Origin: Octopus sinensis
Lineage: Eukaryota
Direction: 5' to 3'
Length of the DNA stretch: 64,000 nt
Assembly (NCBI RefSeq): GCF_006345805.1
Contig: NC_042998.1
Location: 123,256,001-123,320,000 of the forward strand
Numbering within the stretch: position 1 is the first letter of the stretch; the number at the start of each line of letters is the position of its first letter. Made by a program: the position numbers and the translations under genes. The notes beneath the pieces were generated by a model that saw only the letters and a list, made by a program, of their open reading frames with translations, did not search any database and was not told the DNA's origin. Below, piece after piece: positions 52,261 through 64,000 of the stretch.

Positions 52261-55200
52261 AAGTAGCGGCTAGCAGCCATTAGATCGGACACCAATGGAA
52301 TCAGTCTTACTCGTCTCAGGGTGTTTGTAAAGGCCATGAGCACAATCCTTTTCCCTAATCTGGATATTATAAAGCAGTGTACACCACTTTAAACGCTTTT
52401 ATTTATCTTTATGATATTTGAAAATTGAATCATATCTAGAGTCAGAAAATATCATTTAGCCATCAAGCTAACCAACATAAGGAACTACAAAATTTGCGAG
52501 AAATTGAACGAAATTTTATTGTTATTTCGTTTATCTCTTTAGAAATAAGTGTGAAATGAAAATATAGTATTCAATGATAGTATTCAGTTCGTAGTTCGTG
52601 ATCGTAAAGCTATAGGGTGTAATGTCTGAAAATGTAATCCATGTTTCAGAATATTCGTACTAGTGGCAGGAGATAACAGCATTGATATGCTTGTTACCCA
52701 TAAGGAATTTTTACGCAGTCCTGAATTACAATAGATACTCCCATCATATCATGCCTCAGTGATGTCTCTCAATTAGTCGTTCGCTACATTTTTGATCTCG
52801 AATGCATTGGAGAACAATTACGAAAAGTAGTGGCGCTATTCTTGCAGGAAGTTAGAAGCCATACCATATGAAATTCCAAAACATGGAAAAATAGTAAAAT
52901 CTATTATTCCCCTTAGTTTTTTTAATCATATACATATATATACCCAAATTATACTTAATATATTCTGGACCGTAATTCAGAACGAAATATTTTGTTTTTG
53001 TTTGATGATGTTCAACATCGAAACTCTTCATATACATTTTACTTATATTTTACACCTTTCTGGGGACATAGTCGATGCATACATGCGATAAAATTTGTAA
53101 TGTGCATAGCGCAATATTCTTTCTGCGGTCCTGAATCAAAGTGGGCTGATGGTGATTGAGCTCGAATATACGTTCTTGAGCGGCGGTATATAAATTAAGG
53201 GAAAGGCAATGTTAAAACAATGAATTGTTAATCATTTTCTAGTGGCACTAGTGCTATCACAACAGTCCACTCAGTTCCTGAATTGATGTGAATGGTGTTG
53301 AAGTGTATGATGAATATAACGCTAAAATCTCATTGAAACTTTTGACAGTATTAAGCTATCAGCAAACATATCTGTATTTATTTACGCTAATTTCCCTTTA
53401 ATACCGAGTGTTAATTCCGGTTAAATCATACATTTTAGAGATTTCAGGAGAAAAGTCTATTCAATGTACTCAACTTTCGTTTTAACCAACCAACAACTAG
53501 AATGCATCAGATAACCTCGGAATACCTACTGTGGACCTATTCGTAAATAACGAATATTATTTGAGTAAATCTTAGAGACTGGAATATTGCTTCTCATTCT
53601 ATGCCAGAAATCAATTTCTTTTCCCATATTCTAATATCAAATTACACCTTAAAACAAATTCCGTTATCTTACATTTTAAAGAATGCTATTTCATTTTCAT
53701 TGTTATTATTTTTATTAATATTATTATTTTTATTGGCACTATTATGATCGAGATGAAAGCTTTTTCCAGCTTAATTGTGTTTTGCCAAGTTAATTAATGA
53801 AATTAATCCACAGAAAATTAAACAACAAAGAATTTCCTGGAAATAATGTAATCTAGTGTTCATTATTGTTCATAATCGGTGTTATGTTTATGTATTTTAA
53901 ATTTATTTTAAACTTTGTTCTTGTCAATGCTGTTTCTGCCGCTGCTTTTGGTCATGATAATATCTGCATATAACATGTATTTTATTAATTTTACGTTTCA
54001 TTTTTTTTTTAAATAGACACTTTATGAAAGAAATATATCAGAATGACTTCATGCTGTCTTATATTATGTTAGTAATTATGAAATATAAGAACTGTCGGTT
54101 CCTTCGAAAAACGGTGAATAAGAAAAGCAGTTTTAGGATTTTTTTATGAATTTGTCAACGACTAATTTTACTTCACAGCAGTAAATCAAGTCAATAATTA
54201 ATAAAACCTTCATGAAATGATTTTTTGCTTCACGAAAGTACTAGTTTTCCAAATTTAATTTGCTTTTGTATTATAAAATTAATTTGGAAAAATAAATGTT
54301 TTACTCTGTTTTTCTTTTATATGTCATGTATTTTATTAGATGTTCTGTTAATGCAAACAAATAATGTCTGAAATAATGATAAATTTAGGACTTCAGATTT
54401 CAGAAAATTAAGAAAGATACGTTGGATATGGCAATGAAAGTGTGACAAACAATATCAATGCATTAGTATTACCAATGTAACGCGGACTTTTTTTTTCTTA
54501 ATAGGAAGTTGCCACTAGTCAACAGAATAGTTTTATAATGGTGACTACGCCTTTCTGGATGCATTTAGGCATTGATTACAAATGAGTTTTTAGTGTAGGT
54601 TTCCTGTCACGTGTACTCCTTGTAATATGTGTATTTTTTATCCTTCTCAAGGTTCTCAATAATTATGCTGCATTAAATAACATTTTATATAATTTGGCTC
54701 ATTGTTTTAACGAAAACACTTCACAAACACTTGATTAATTAATACATAATTACATTTAATACCCTTTTTTTATTTATTGACTCATTGTACATCTATATAA
54801 GCAATATTCAGTTTTTCAAACGTCATGTGGTAATGAGTGTATCTATAAAGAACGTCAGCCATTATGCCTTTATTCAAGAATTCCAATGGTATATTTCTAC
54901 TGAATACCTAAATTTATGATGCCGTATTCTTTGCTTTTTGCTTACTTATTGCGAAATTTTCAAGAAAGAAATCTAGATGGAAATGTAGTAAGTATAGTTT
55001 GAAACATATTTCCCCTTTAATTGCACTCAGTAGGTCCTCTATTTCATCCCTACAGGCAAAGAGACTTTAGAATAATCATCAAAAGCAAAACTTTAAATAC
55101 CAGAGGTGGTGTTCCAAATTCAATAACATTTAGAACGTCATTTTGAATATTTAAACTTTAAGTAAGCAGAGCTCGCATTTAAAAACTTCTTGGGGAGATA

Positions 55201-56548
55201 TTGAAATTCCCTTGCATTGATTTTATCTATAGCTTCAACAAAGTTTTCCTTAAACCTTTTATCTTTTTTGAATAAAGTAAGAAATCAGATTGAACATTGC
55301 TCACTATTTGTAATCAGCGACATTTACTACAACGGTATGTGAATGGTATAAGAAAGGATGTCGTTTTGTAGATCCTGTACGTCTATTATATTGCCAATGA
55401 CTTTGATATCTGGACTGAGCTTAGATGAACATTGTATTGAATGGTATCAAACAGTGTATTTATATAATCATAAATCCCTTTAAGATGGATAGACTGAACA
55501 ATAGGGTGGCATTGCTTGATATCTTCGTTATGCTGTTGAGCTAATTAAATTTGCAGCTTCTTGAAGATGAATCAGTGAATAGATGACAGTCAGACGCTAC
55601 ATGAGACTGAGCGAAGTCTATAAAGAAATCACTATTTTCCTTGTCATATCAAACGATACAATCAGCAATGAAAAATTTGCTAGATTATAATTTTGCTTTC
55701 GGTTGCACCTCACTTGAAATTGTTTGCCAAGTAAATTGTCTTCCCATTATATCTCGTGAAAGCGTTTGAATTATCAGCTATAAATCGCTGATTATCTAAA
55801 ATCTGTTGAGTAAATAACTTCCCCAAATGTTCCTTCTCCACCTTCCATTTCTTCATCTATAGAAACAAGCCTATTGTTTTAGTGAAAAGGAATGGATATT
55901 ATTCCACCATGTTGGACTCAGCTATATGTTGAATTCAACTAAGGATAGAAGATCTTTTGCTTGTTCTTGCGAGAAAGATAATTACGCTGTGCGAAATATG
56001 CATTTTGTAAGATGATCGAGTTTTTCTTGATGTGAAAGGTATAAAGAATGACATTGGTTGTCCTTTATTATTCAAACTCTTATGCAGTTCATTTGAACAA
56101 GCAGACAATATTAGATGTGCTGTCTACTGCTATACGAGGTAATATATTAGACAAAATTATGACTGGTGTGCTTTAAAAGATTCATTTTGATGATCTCGGG
56201 GAAAATGTATTGGAAACATAAAAGAAAAACTATGGAAGAATTTTAGACATATAGAGTGTGATGATATAATGGCAATAATACATTAATAAGGTAACTGTTA
56301 TTTATAATCTGCTAGAGAATTCGTTATTCCACATAATATCCCGCTTTGAATTCTTTACGGATAATGATTCGGTGGACCTTTGCATCCATCATGCAATTCA
56401 TACACACAAACACACAGGCACACAGGTACACAGGCATACAGACACACAGAGATACACGCACATACACACGCGCGCACCCACATACACACACATACATTTA
56501 TACATATATATATATATGGCTGTGTGCCATTGTTTATGAATATGTATG

Positions 56549-56581
<33 letters not shown>

Positions 56582-56654
56582 ACGTGTGTTTGTGTGTGTG
56601 TGTTTGAGTGTGTATGCGCGTGTGTATAAATATATATATATATATGTATAAAGT

Positions 56655-56978
56655 GGAGGCGCAATGACCCACTGGTTAGGACAGCAGACTCGCGGTCGTG
56701 GGATCGCGGTTTTGATTCCCAGATCGGGTTTTGTGAGTGTTTATTAAACGAAAACTCTTGAAGCTCAACGAGGCTCCGGCAGGGTGGGGTGAACCCTGCT
56801 GTACTCTTTCACCACAACTTTCTCTCACTCTTCCTACCTGTTTCTGTTGTACCTTGTCGCACTCTGTGTCACGCTGAATCTCTTCGAGAACTACGTTACG
56901 GGTAACGTGTCAGTGGAGCAGGCTGCTCCATTGATCAGATCAACTGGAACCCTCGTCGTTGTAACCGATGGAGTGCCA
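56655..56978 (+). mobile_element. tRNA-derived SINE family c
   Basis: The head ggaggcgcaatgacccactggttagg...cggttttgattccc has A-box-like and B-box-like Pol III motifs. The body is unrelated to families a and b. Confidence 0.8.
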
Positions 56979-57254
56979 CGATATATATAAATATGTACAC
57001 AGTTTTGTGTGTCGGGGGAGGGTATGTGTGTGTATGTCCGTGTGTGTGTACTTGTGACTGTAACGTTATGGGATATTTTCTTTGCAGTTGATTTTTTTTT
57101 GTTGTGATTGTCGTTCTGGTTGAGTGCTCATAGCTGACTGGCTAGCGTTGACTTTTGGAGATTAGCTGTCTTTCGTATATTCCCTATTGTTCATTGTTCA
57201 CTCTTTTTTCATTTGGTATGTTTTTATGATCAATATATCCCCTCACCACTATTC

Positions 57255-57905
57255 GCACTACCCTTGCCGGGGCACGTTCCATAACCGTAACTCTGCTCTT
57301 TCTCCCCGCACCAACCCCGCCGTTCCCGTCTCCCGTTTCCCCTTACCTACCACCCCTCCACCTTGTCCTTCCAACGCACTATTTTCCGAGCCTTCATGCG
57401 ACTCCAGTCCAACCTTTCCACGCCAAACATCTTCCCCAACTTCCTTCAAACGTGCCCACAACCTGCGTGACCTCCTCATGCACAGTTTCTTCCCCAGCCC
57501 CAACGCCTGGTTCATTCTCCTGTTCTGACCACGCTGGCGTACTTGCCTCTACCTCTCCGATACTACCATCCTCACAGGCAGTCAACATCATCCTTACCAC
57601 ATCGCCGAGTTCTCTACCTCCACTTCTAGTGACGTATTTACTGCATCTCCAGCTCTTTCAGCCCTTCCCTGAATATATGTCAAACGGACGCCGCTTGTCT
57701 GACCGGTTCGTGGAACACCTCAGACTCAGAAATGACACCCCGGCCTCGCGTTAATTCCGCTCTAAAACATCAGTCATCATTCACTTCAGTATCTGTGTTC
57801 GGAAAACCTATGCACAGGGGCCATTTGGACTCCTGCTTTCCCTGTGAACAGGAATTAATCTATCTTTTCTCTTCACTCCTTTGCGCCACATGGGCTCAAC
57901 TCCCC
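57255..57905 (+). mobile_element. Old Penelope-like relic (RT C-terminus, linker and GIY-YIG) of a different lineage
   Basis: PLTYHP-like stretch, NLRDLLMHS, GRRLSDRFVEHLR and a terminal L.PHGLN-like (gccacatgggctcaac) segment; many stops and frameshifts. Confidence 0.75.
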
Positions 57906-58134
57906 TCTCTTCATCTGACTTCTCTCCTCTCTTCATTTGACTCCCCTCTTCACTTCATCTGATACTACTTCCTCTCTTCATTCCCACCCACCTCCTCTTT
58001 TCCTTATACTACTCCATCTCACCCAATACACCCCATCCTCACCCATATCCCATACCACCCCACCACACTACACACCACTTCGTCCCACACAACTACACCA
58101 ACCAATCGAATCTTCGGCTTCGCCAGAACAGACT

Positions 58135-58283
58135 ATGACATGTGTTTGTTTATTGGCTTCAGTCAATTCATGTGGCACCCATTTTCCAAGCTTGTTGACC
58201 TTGCGGAGACGATGCAAGTGGTTGATGATAGTGACATAGGAGATGCCAAACTGTACCGCAAGTTAACGTGCACTTTGCATTGG
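58135..58283 (-). mobile_element. Mariner transposase fragment
   Basis: The reverse strand translates to VIEADP...FGISYVTIINHLHRLRKVNKLGKWVPHELTEANK (WVPHEL motif). Confidence 0.88.
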
Positions 58284-58355
58284 ATCGGCTTCAATGACCT
58301 GCAATAATTACTTGTCCAAGAACTTTCTTACCAATATAATATATATACAGTGTAA

Positions 58356-58745
58356 GTGTAGTGTGGTAAGAAACTTATTTCCCAACCACATGGTTCCGAA
58401 TTCAATTCCACTGCGTGGCACCTTGGGCAATTGTTTTTTTATTATAACTCTGAGTCGACGAAAACATTGTGAGTGAATTTGGTAGGGGAAACTGAAAAAA
58501 AGCCCTCCGTTATTAATATCTATCTATATATTTATCGATCTATCTCTCTGTATATATATTTGTGTGTGTGGGAGGGTGTTTGTACCTCCCATCACCACTT
58601 GGCGATCAGTGGTGGTGTCCCCGTATTATAGCGGTTTGACAGAAAGTAACCAATACTAGGCATCAGTTTCACTAGTATCCTTCAAGATATTGGGGCCCCA
58701 GCATGGCCACAGTCAAATGACTGAAACACGTTAAAGAATAAAAGA
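58356..58745 (+). mobile_element. SINE family b
   Basis: cccaaccacatggttcc...ccactgcgtggcaccttgggcaa...ccccagcatggccacagtcaaatgactgaaac. Confidence 0.9.
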
Positions 58746-58789
58746 ACATATGTGTATGTATATGTATACAGGTATATAATGGTTTCCAG

Positions 58790-58963
58790 CTGTAACACAA
58801 GGCCAGCAGTTTCAGCGGTGGGATTAATTCGATTGCATCGCCTCTAGTGTTCAAATGGTGCCTATTTTACTGACCTGGAAAAGATGAAAGGCATAGTCGA
58901 CCTTGATGTATTTTGAACTAATCATTTTTCCCGGCATGCTAAGGATCCTGCCACCTCGCCGCC
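58790..58963 (-). mobile_element. SINE family a, diverged
   Basis: cacaaggccagc...gatgaaaggcatagtcgacc...ttgaact...gcatgctaag...gccacctcgccgcc. Confidence 0.8.
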
Positions 58964-59013
58964 TTGATACTGGCATATAATATGCATCATATTAATATGG
59001 GTTTCTAATTTTT

Positions 59014-59180
59014 GGCATAAGGCAAGTAGGTTTAGGCGAGGCTGAAGTACTCAAGTGGTATTTATTTTATCGTCTCCGAGAAGATGAAAGACAACGTCAA
59101 CCTCTGTGGAATTTGAACTTAGAACGTAAAGACGGACGAAATGCCGCCGGCATTTTAACGATTCTACCAGCTCAACGCCC
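59014..59180 (-). mobile_element. SINE family a, diverged
   Basis: gatgaaagacaacgtcaacctc...gaatttgaacttagaacgtaaagacggacgaaatgccg...ccagctc. Confidence 0.8.
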
Positions 59181-62100
59181 TACATTAATTGACTAATATC
59201 AATCATTGGATGTGGCCACTTTTAAGTACACATTTCACGAGTTTCAATCGGTGTGTTATTGTTTCCGTAACGGCGTAAGATGAAATAGATTTAGTCATTC
59301 ACATACACATATATACACTCAGGTTGTGTGAATTTGCATGGATATTATGACGGATTCAAAGCTGTTGTGAATCATTAATATAGAAGTAAACGTAGTACAA
59401 TATATGTGTACTAGCTGGCCCCGTTACTGAAATGACGCTGATTCACACATGCATTCACATACTTCCCTTGTACACACACACATATACACATATATTCACA
59501 CAGAGTTGAAACGATGTTTGATTTTTTCAGCGTTGAATGTCCACCATCCCACTTCCGCTGCACACACACACACACACACACACACAAATATTCACATGCT
59601 TCCCTTTTACATACACACACATATACTCACACTAGCTGAAACGCTGTTTTATTGTGCTTCACGGTAGAATTTCCCTCATCTCACTACCAGTTTGCCACCA
59701 CCCCTTCCTCCCTTCCTTATTCATCTATCACCCTTTCTTTTCTCATTCATATTTTGTGACGGAGTAAAACACAAGAGTATTATCATAGTAGATTTTAGTC
59801 ATTATTATTACACTTGTTGCGAAACAGATGGACATTGCTTCCATTACTCAGCCCCAAATCACAGCTTCATTATCTTACACAGATCAGAAAAAATTCGTAT
59901 TCGTGGATATTTTTCCTTCTAAAGAATTGATCTCATCACAGGTATCACAACTTTGTAACAGAATAAGATTTGCCCACATATGCAGTATAATTCCCTATCA
60001 ATTCGACCATTTACAATTTACAATAAGACTGACACGACGCTTTTATCACTGAGTGTAATGATATTCAAATATTATGCTAAACTTTAAAGTTGCACACGCG
60101 CACATTCACACATATTAATATGTGTATATATACATGTATACTCTCACACATAACACATTATCTCACTCCGTTCACACAACCAGTCTTTACCTCAACACGA
60201 TTTTATTAGCTAAACCGACAGAAATGCAACGCTACAAACAGAATCTATATTGGTTTAAAACTCCAAGAAACTCACTGTGATCTACTCTATATCATCAATT
60301 TACTAATATTTTATTTCCAATATTTATGGTCATACCACTAAAGTTAGGACATAGTTATATTAAATTTCGTATTCGGTTATTAAGTTTCTCATGCTTTATT
60401 CCTTTCGATTCAACGGAGTAGTAATCCAATTGAAGCCACTGTTCCGTTTACTATTAATAGGTTACTCATGTGCTGCTTAATATAAACAACTCCTAGCCTT
60501 CTGCTATATTACCTAAGTTTTCGTTACACACCTTCCTCTTCGCAAAAGTGTTTTTGTATAAATATAAGTAATATGCATTTAATTGTAATATAAATGTGAC
60601 ATGTAATATTCTAGACTTCTTCATGAACTAATATATTTATTAGAAACGAAATTCACCCAGTGTTGTAGCCCACAAACCTTTGGTAAAGATCAGTTAAATA
60701 TTTTAATCACCTGCTTCGGCACTGAAATAATATTTGTTATGTTAAGAAGTGGTTTGATCTATTTCCTCGGAATCTAATTGAATTCAAGAAACTCTGTGGC
60801 AATTTGAAAAAGAAAGAGCAAACTTATCATAATAACAATAGTGGCTTGTGATGCTTGCCGAAAGTCATAATACGGTGAGAAGAGAAGAAAAGCGAAATAC
60901 ATAGGAAAATAGCTGAAAGTGAGGTATTTCTTTTGAACAAAACGTGAAAGTCTGCAATAAAAGTGAAGTGGAATTAATACATAAATAGCATCGGGTGTAC
61001 AAAACAAAAAGAAAAGGGCTGTTATATCTTACCTTGCCCAAAGAATCCAGTATGTAGTTAGACATCATGTAGTTTAAGACGAACACTTTTATCATAAGTG
61101 TGTTTATGACCCAATTTAGATTCACTTACATGCTAACTATGTCTCACATGTGCTGTACACTGATTATGTCCTGTGAATATATATAATGCTACTTAAAAGT
61201 AATCAGAACTATTCCTACGGGCAGAGACAAGAAAAGAGGCGATTGTATTAGCTGTTCTGGATCTACAATAGAGTTTTGAGTCCAAGTCACAGAAATAAGA
61301 AATGTAAGAGAAATATAAATTCTATTCTAGGCTTATGGTGTAGTAAAAGCAGCTGCTATGTATGTACTTTTTTCTTATTTCATTTTATAATTTGCTTTAC
61401 TGCATCAGTTAATGATTTAATGGGTATTGTTTCAGTGTCTCCATTTTGCATGTTGATTAAGATATCAAATTAGCAAAAATTTATTTGAAAAATTTTGATA
61501 GAATTGCTGTCGTAAATAATAGTTACCGACAAGAATAGTACTAGTTATCAATTTTCAAGTTTAGTTTTGTGCAGTTATGTACTTTTATTTTTATTTTATT
61601 TTCTTCTATTCAGATGGTTCGCTCCACATGTCTATCCTATTTCTTTGTTGTATTTTGTTAAGAATTGGAAAAAACAAATAGCTGGAACAGGCGTTATCAT
61701 ATTACGCAGAGAAGACTTAAAATCAGCATTACTGATTATAATGCTTGTAGAATGGTATAAACGAACAATAGGAAATGGAATTATATACATTTTGTCACTC
61801 GTGATTTGAAAGCTTGGAGATTGATGTTTTTTTTGTTATGAAACAACTGGCGATATAATGTGATTGTGAAGTGTTGAGTTGTTTATAATGATATATAATG
61901 GTGGCAGTTGTTTTGGTGGTTGTTTATAATATCCTGCGTAGTTAGATAATCTCTGCTTTATTGGAAATATAGCCGTAATACATCCGTTAGAAACACAAAA
62001 AGTCTGCCTTCTTAATCATGGAATGGTATTTGTTCAAAGAGACATTAGAATATTGATGGATTTGCAGTTATTGAACAAGGAATTTAGCTGAACGAAGCAG

Positions 62101-63689
62101 AGTAAACGCTTATTGAAACAACAGATCTGAAAACTACCACTACTTAATATTATAAAGAAATGAAATGCATTTTACATCAAAAGATTGATTCTCATATCCC
62201 AGATTTAATCATATATTTTAGAAATATTCATTTATTCTCTATTTTCTTTCATATTTATCTATGAATATCGTTGATGTCCGAGAGAAAAAGGTAAAAATAG
62301 CACTATAAAGGAATTTGTAAATATATCGATTTATTTAAACCTAATCTAGATATTACTGTCACAACAAATACAATGGGAAATTCCATGATGGAATCAAACA
62401 ACATACAAAGAAGAGAAAACAAACAAAAAATATTAAGGCAAAAAATAAAAAAGGTTGATGGAAGCGAAATGAAAGTAAAGCAGAAACAAAACATCTGTTT
62501 CCCTGAACAGGTTTATGGTTACTTTTTTATATTAAATCCTACAGCATTTCTATATCGGAAAATTTACTTATGTGTTTTTAATCAAATTAATGAGATTACG
62601 AGATTTAAAAAAAAATCTAAATAGTAAAGTCTAAACACAAAATTCCATGTACCGAGTAAAACAACAAAAGATGGTGGAAATAATGGATGTTTGAGAGATA
62701 AATATGATATAATCAACATACACTACTAACTATAAAAGTACCCAAACTCTGATTTTGTCGAGGAGATGAGGATTAGATTGAATAATAATTTAATAGATAT
62801 CACAAATGAAACTTTAATCATCTTAGGGGAGGAAAATAAAAATTTAATATACTAATACATATTTAGTTTTAAAGTCAGGAAACGTTCAAACAAAAAGAGA
62901 AACATAAAATAACAAAACGAATATAACAAGGAAACATGCATGAAACCAGAATTATATTTTTTGAGCTCTCGAAAGAACAGGGTTGCTGTCGATGATTTGA
63001 TCGAAGTTGCAAACACACACGTGCATAAATGCACAAACGCTCACACGCACGGATACATATATATATATATACGAACACATTTCACACACACACAGACTCG
63101 CTATTAGTGGCATTCTAAAATAGTTGTAAGTAGAAAGTACCATTCGATATTGCTCTCCATTAGATCTATGTGCGTATCTAAATTTATGCAGACAGGAAAC
63201 GGTCTGCTGTATTGCGGGCATGTTGTTTTTAAAATTATATTTATCAAATAAAATCACTGGAATTAAAACAGATATTCTCTTTAATATCATTATACTTGCA
63301 GTCAATCGTTATAGTTACATGGCATCGCACGTAACATCACACGTAGTTCTCACACTGGTAAAATTGCTGTTGAGTTTTCTTTTTGCTAAATTTCCGTTTC
63401 TGTTGCTGCTTTTGCCTGCTGGCATTGCTTTGCGGATGTATCTGGATTTCCACTGAAAAGATGTCCTCACTTTTAATCACAGAATGAGTGTCTGTTTATT
63501 TAAAAAAAAAATTATGATATATGTTTCCTAACAAACTTCTTTTCCCAAGATGGCTCGTATAAAATTTAATAGAAGAGTGGTTGTAGGTATCATTATATCC
63601 AACTGTCATTCTAAATCTTCTTCAGCCATAGTAGCCCTCTATTAGATCTTCAATATGAGGCAGAAGATCTGAAAGTATCCAAGCAGCTA

Positions 63690-63960
63690 CAATCTGAAAA
63701 CAATAAAAGCAACAAGAACAACGATGACAGCAACGAAAACACCTTTGTGAACCGCGACAGCTTCAATAACAACAGGAGCAAAGCCAACGATAATAATAGA
63801 ATAATCAACATTCACAACACAGCAAAAACAATGGTGCTAACAGCATAGCAACAACTGTAACGATAAAAATCCTTATAAACAACCAGTAATCTATAACATC
63901 ATTTAAAACGTCAACAATAATGAAAACTGTTACATAATTTAAAAGGACAACACTAGTAAG
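63690..63960. repeat. Degenerate (AAC)n/(AAT)n low-complexity tract
   Basis: A/C-rich triplet periodicity visible by eye. Confidence 0.7.
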
Positions 63961-64000
63961 AACGACGAATCAGAATCCCAAAAATATATTTTGCACATAA

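Noticed and set aside
61033-61170. Minus-strand segment with a strong AAG|GTAAGA donor
   Set aside because: All frames from the nearest acceptor contain stops. A non-coding exon cannot be supported without RNA data.
63300-63452. Minus-strand acceptor (catcttttcag) followed by a Q/K-rich frame
   Set aside because: The peptide is short and unrecognised, the donor is weak, and it cannot be linked to other exons.

Overview
This is eukaryotic, strongly AT-rich, microsatellite-dense DNA. The SINE, LINE and Tc1/mariner content looks like an octopus or other coleoid cephalopod genome; that is an inference from recalled repeat families, not a database hit. I cannot support any host protein-coding gene, so the window is probably intronic or intergenic. 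Most ORFs in the supplied track are microsatellite artefacts. The main feature is a ~7 kb head-to-head (5'-5') fusion of two nearly identical Penelope-like retroelements (RT + GIY-YIG, with a Neptune-type Cys linker) at 20511-27546, lying between (TA)n tracts. The two copies complement each other into a >=4.1 kb consensus. That consensus has three notable parts. First, a long N-terminal, ORF1-like region. Second, an in-phase U_UUU_UUA heptamer exactly at the -1 junction into the RT frame, which is either a programmed frameshift or a homopolymer error. Third, a duplicated E-box/CCAAT/E2F-like module in the 3' end. Other content: several Tc1/mariner/maT derivatives, a 1.38 kb tandem duplication bounded by (TG)n, two foldback elements, three SINE families (one shares a 3' tail with a CR1-like LINE in the window), RLE-type LINE relics and a second, older PLE relic. 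Many copy-to-copy differences are single-base homopolymer indels, which suggests residual long-read assembly error.
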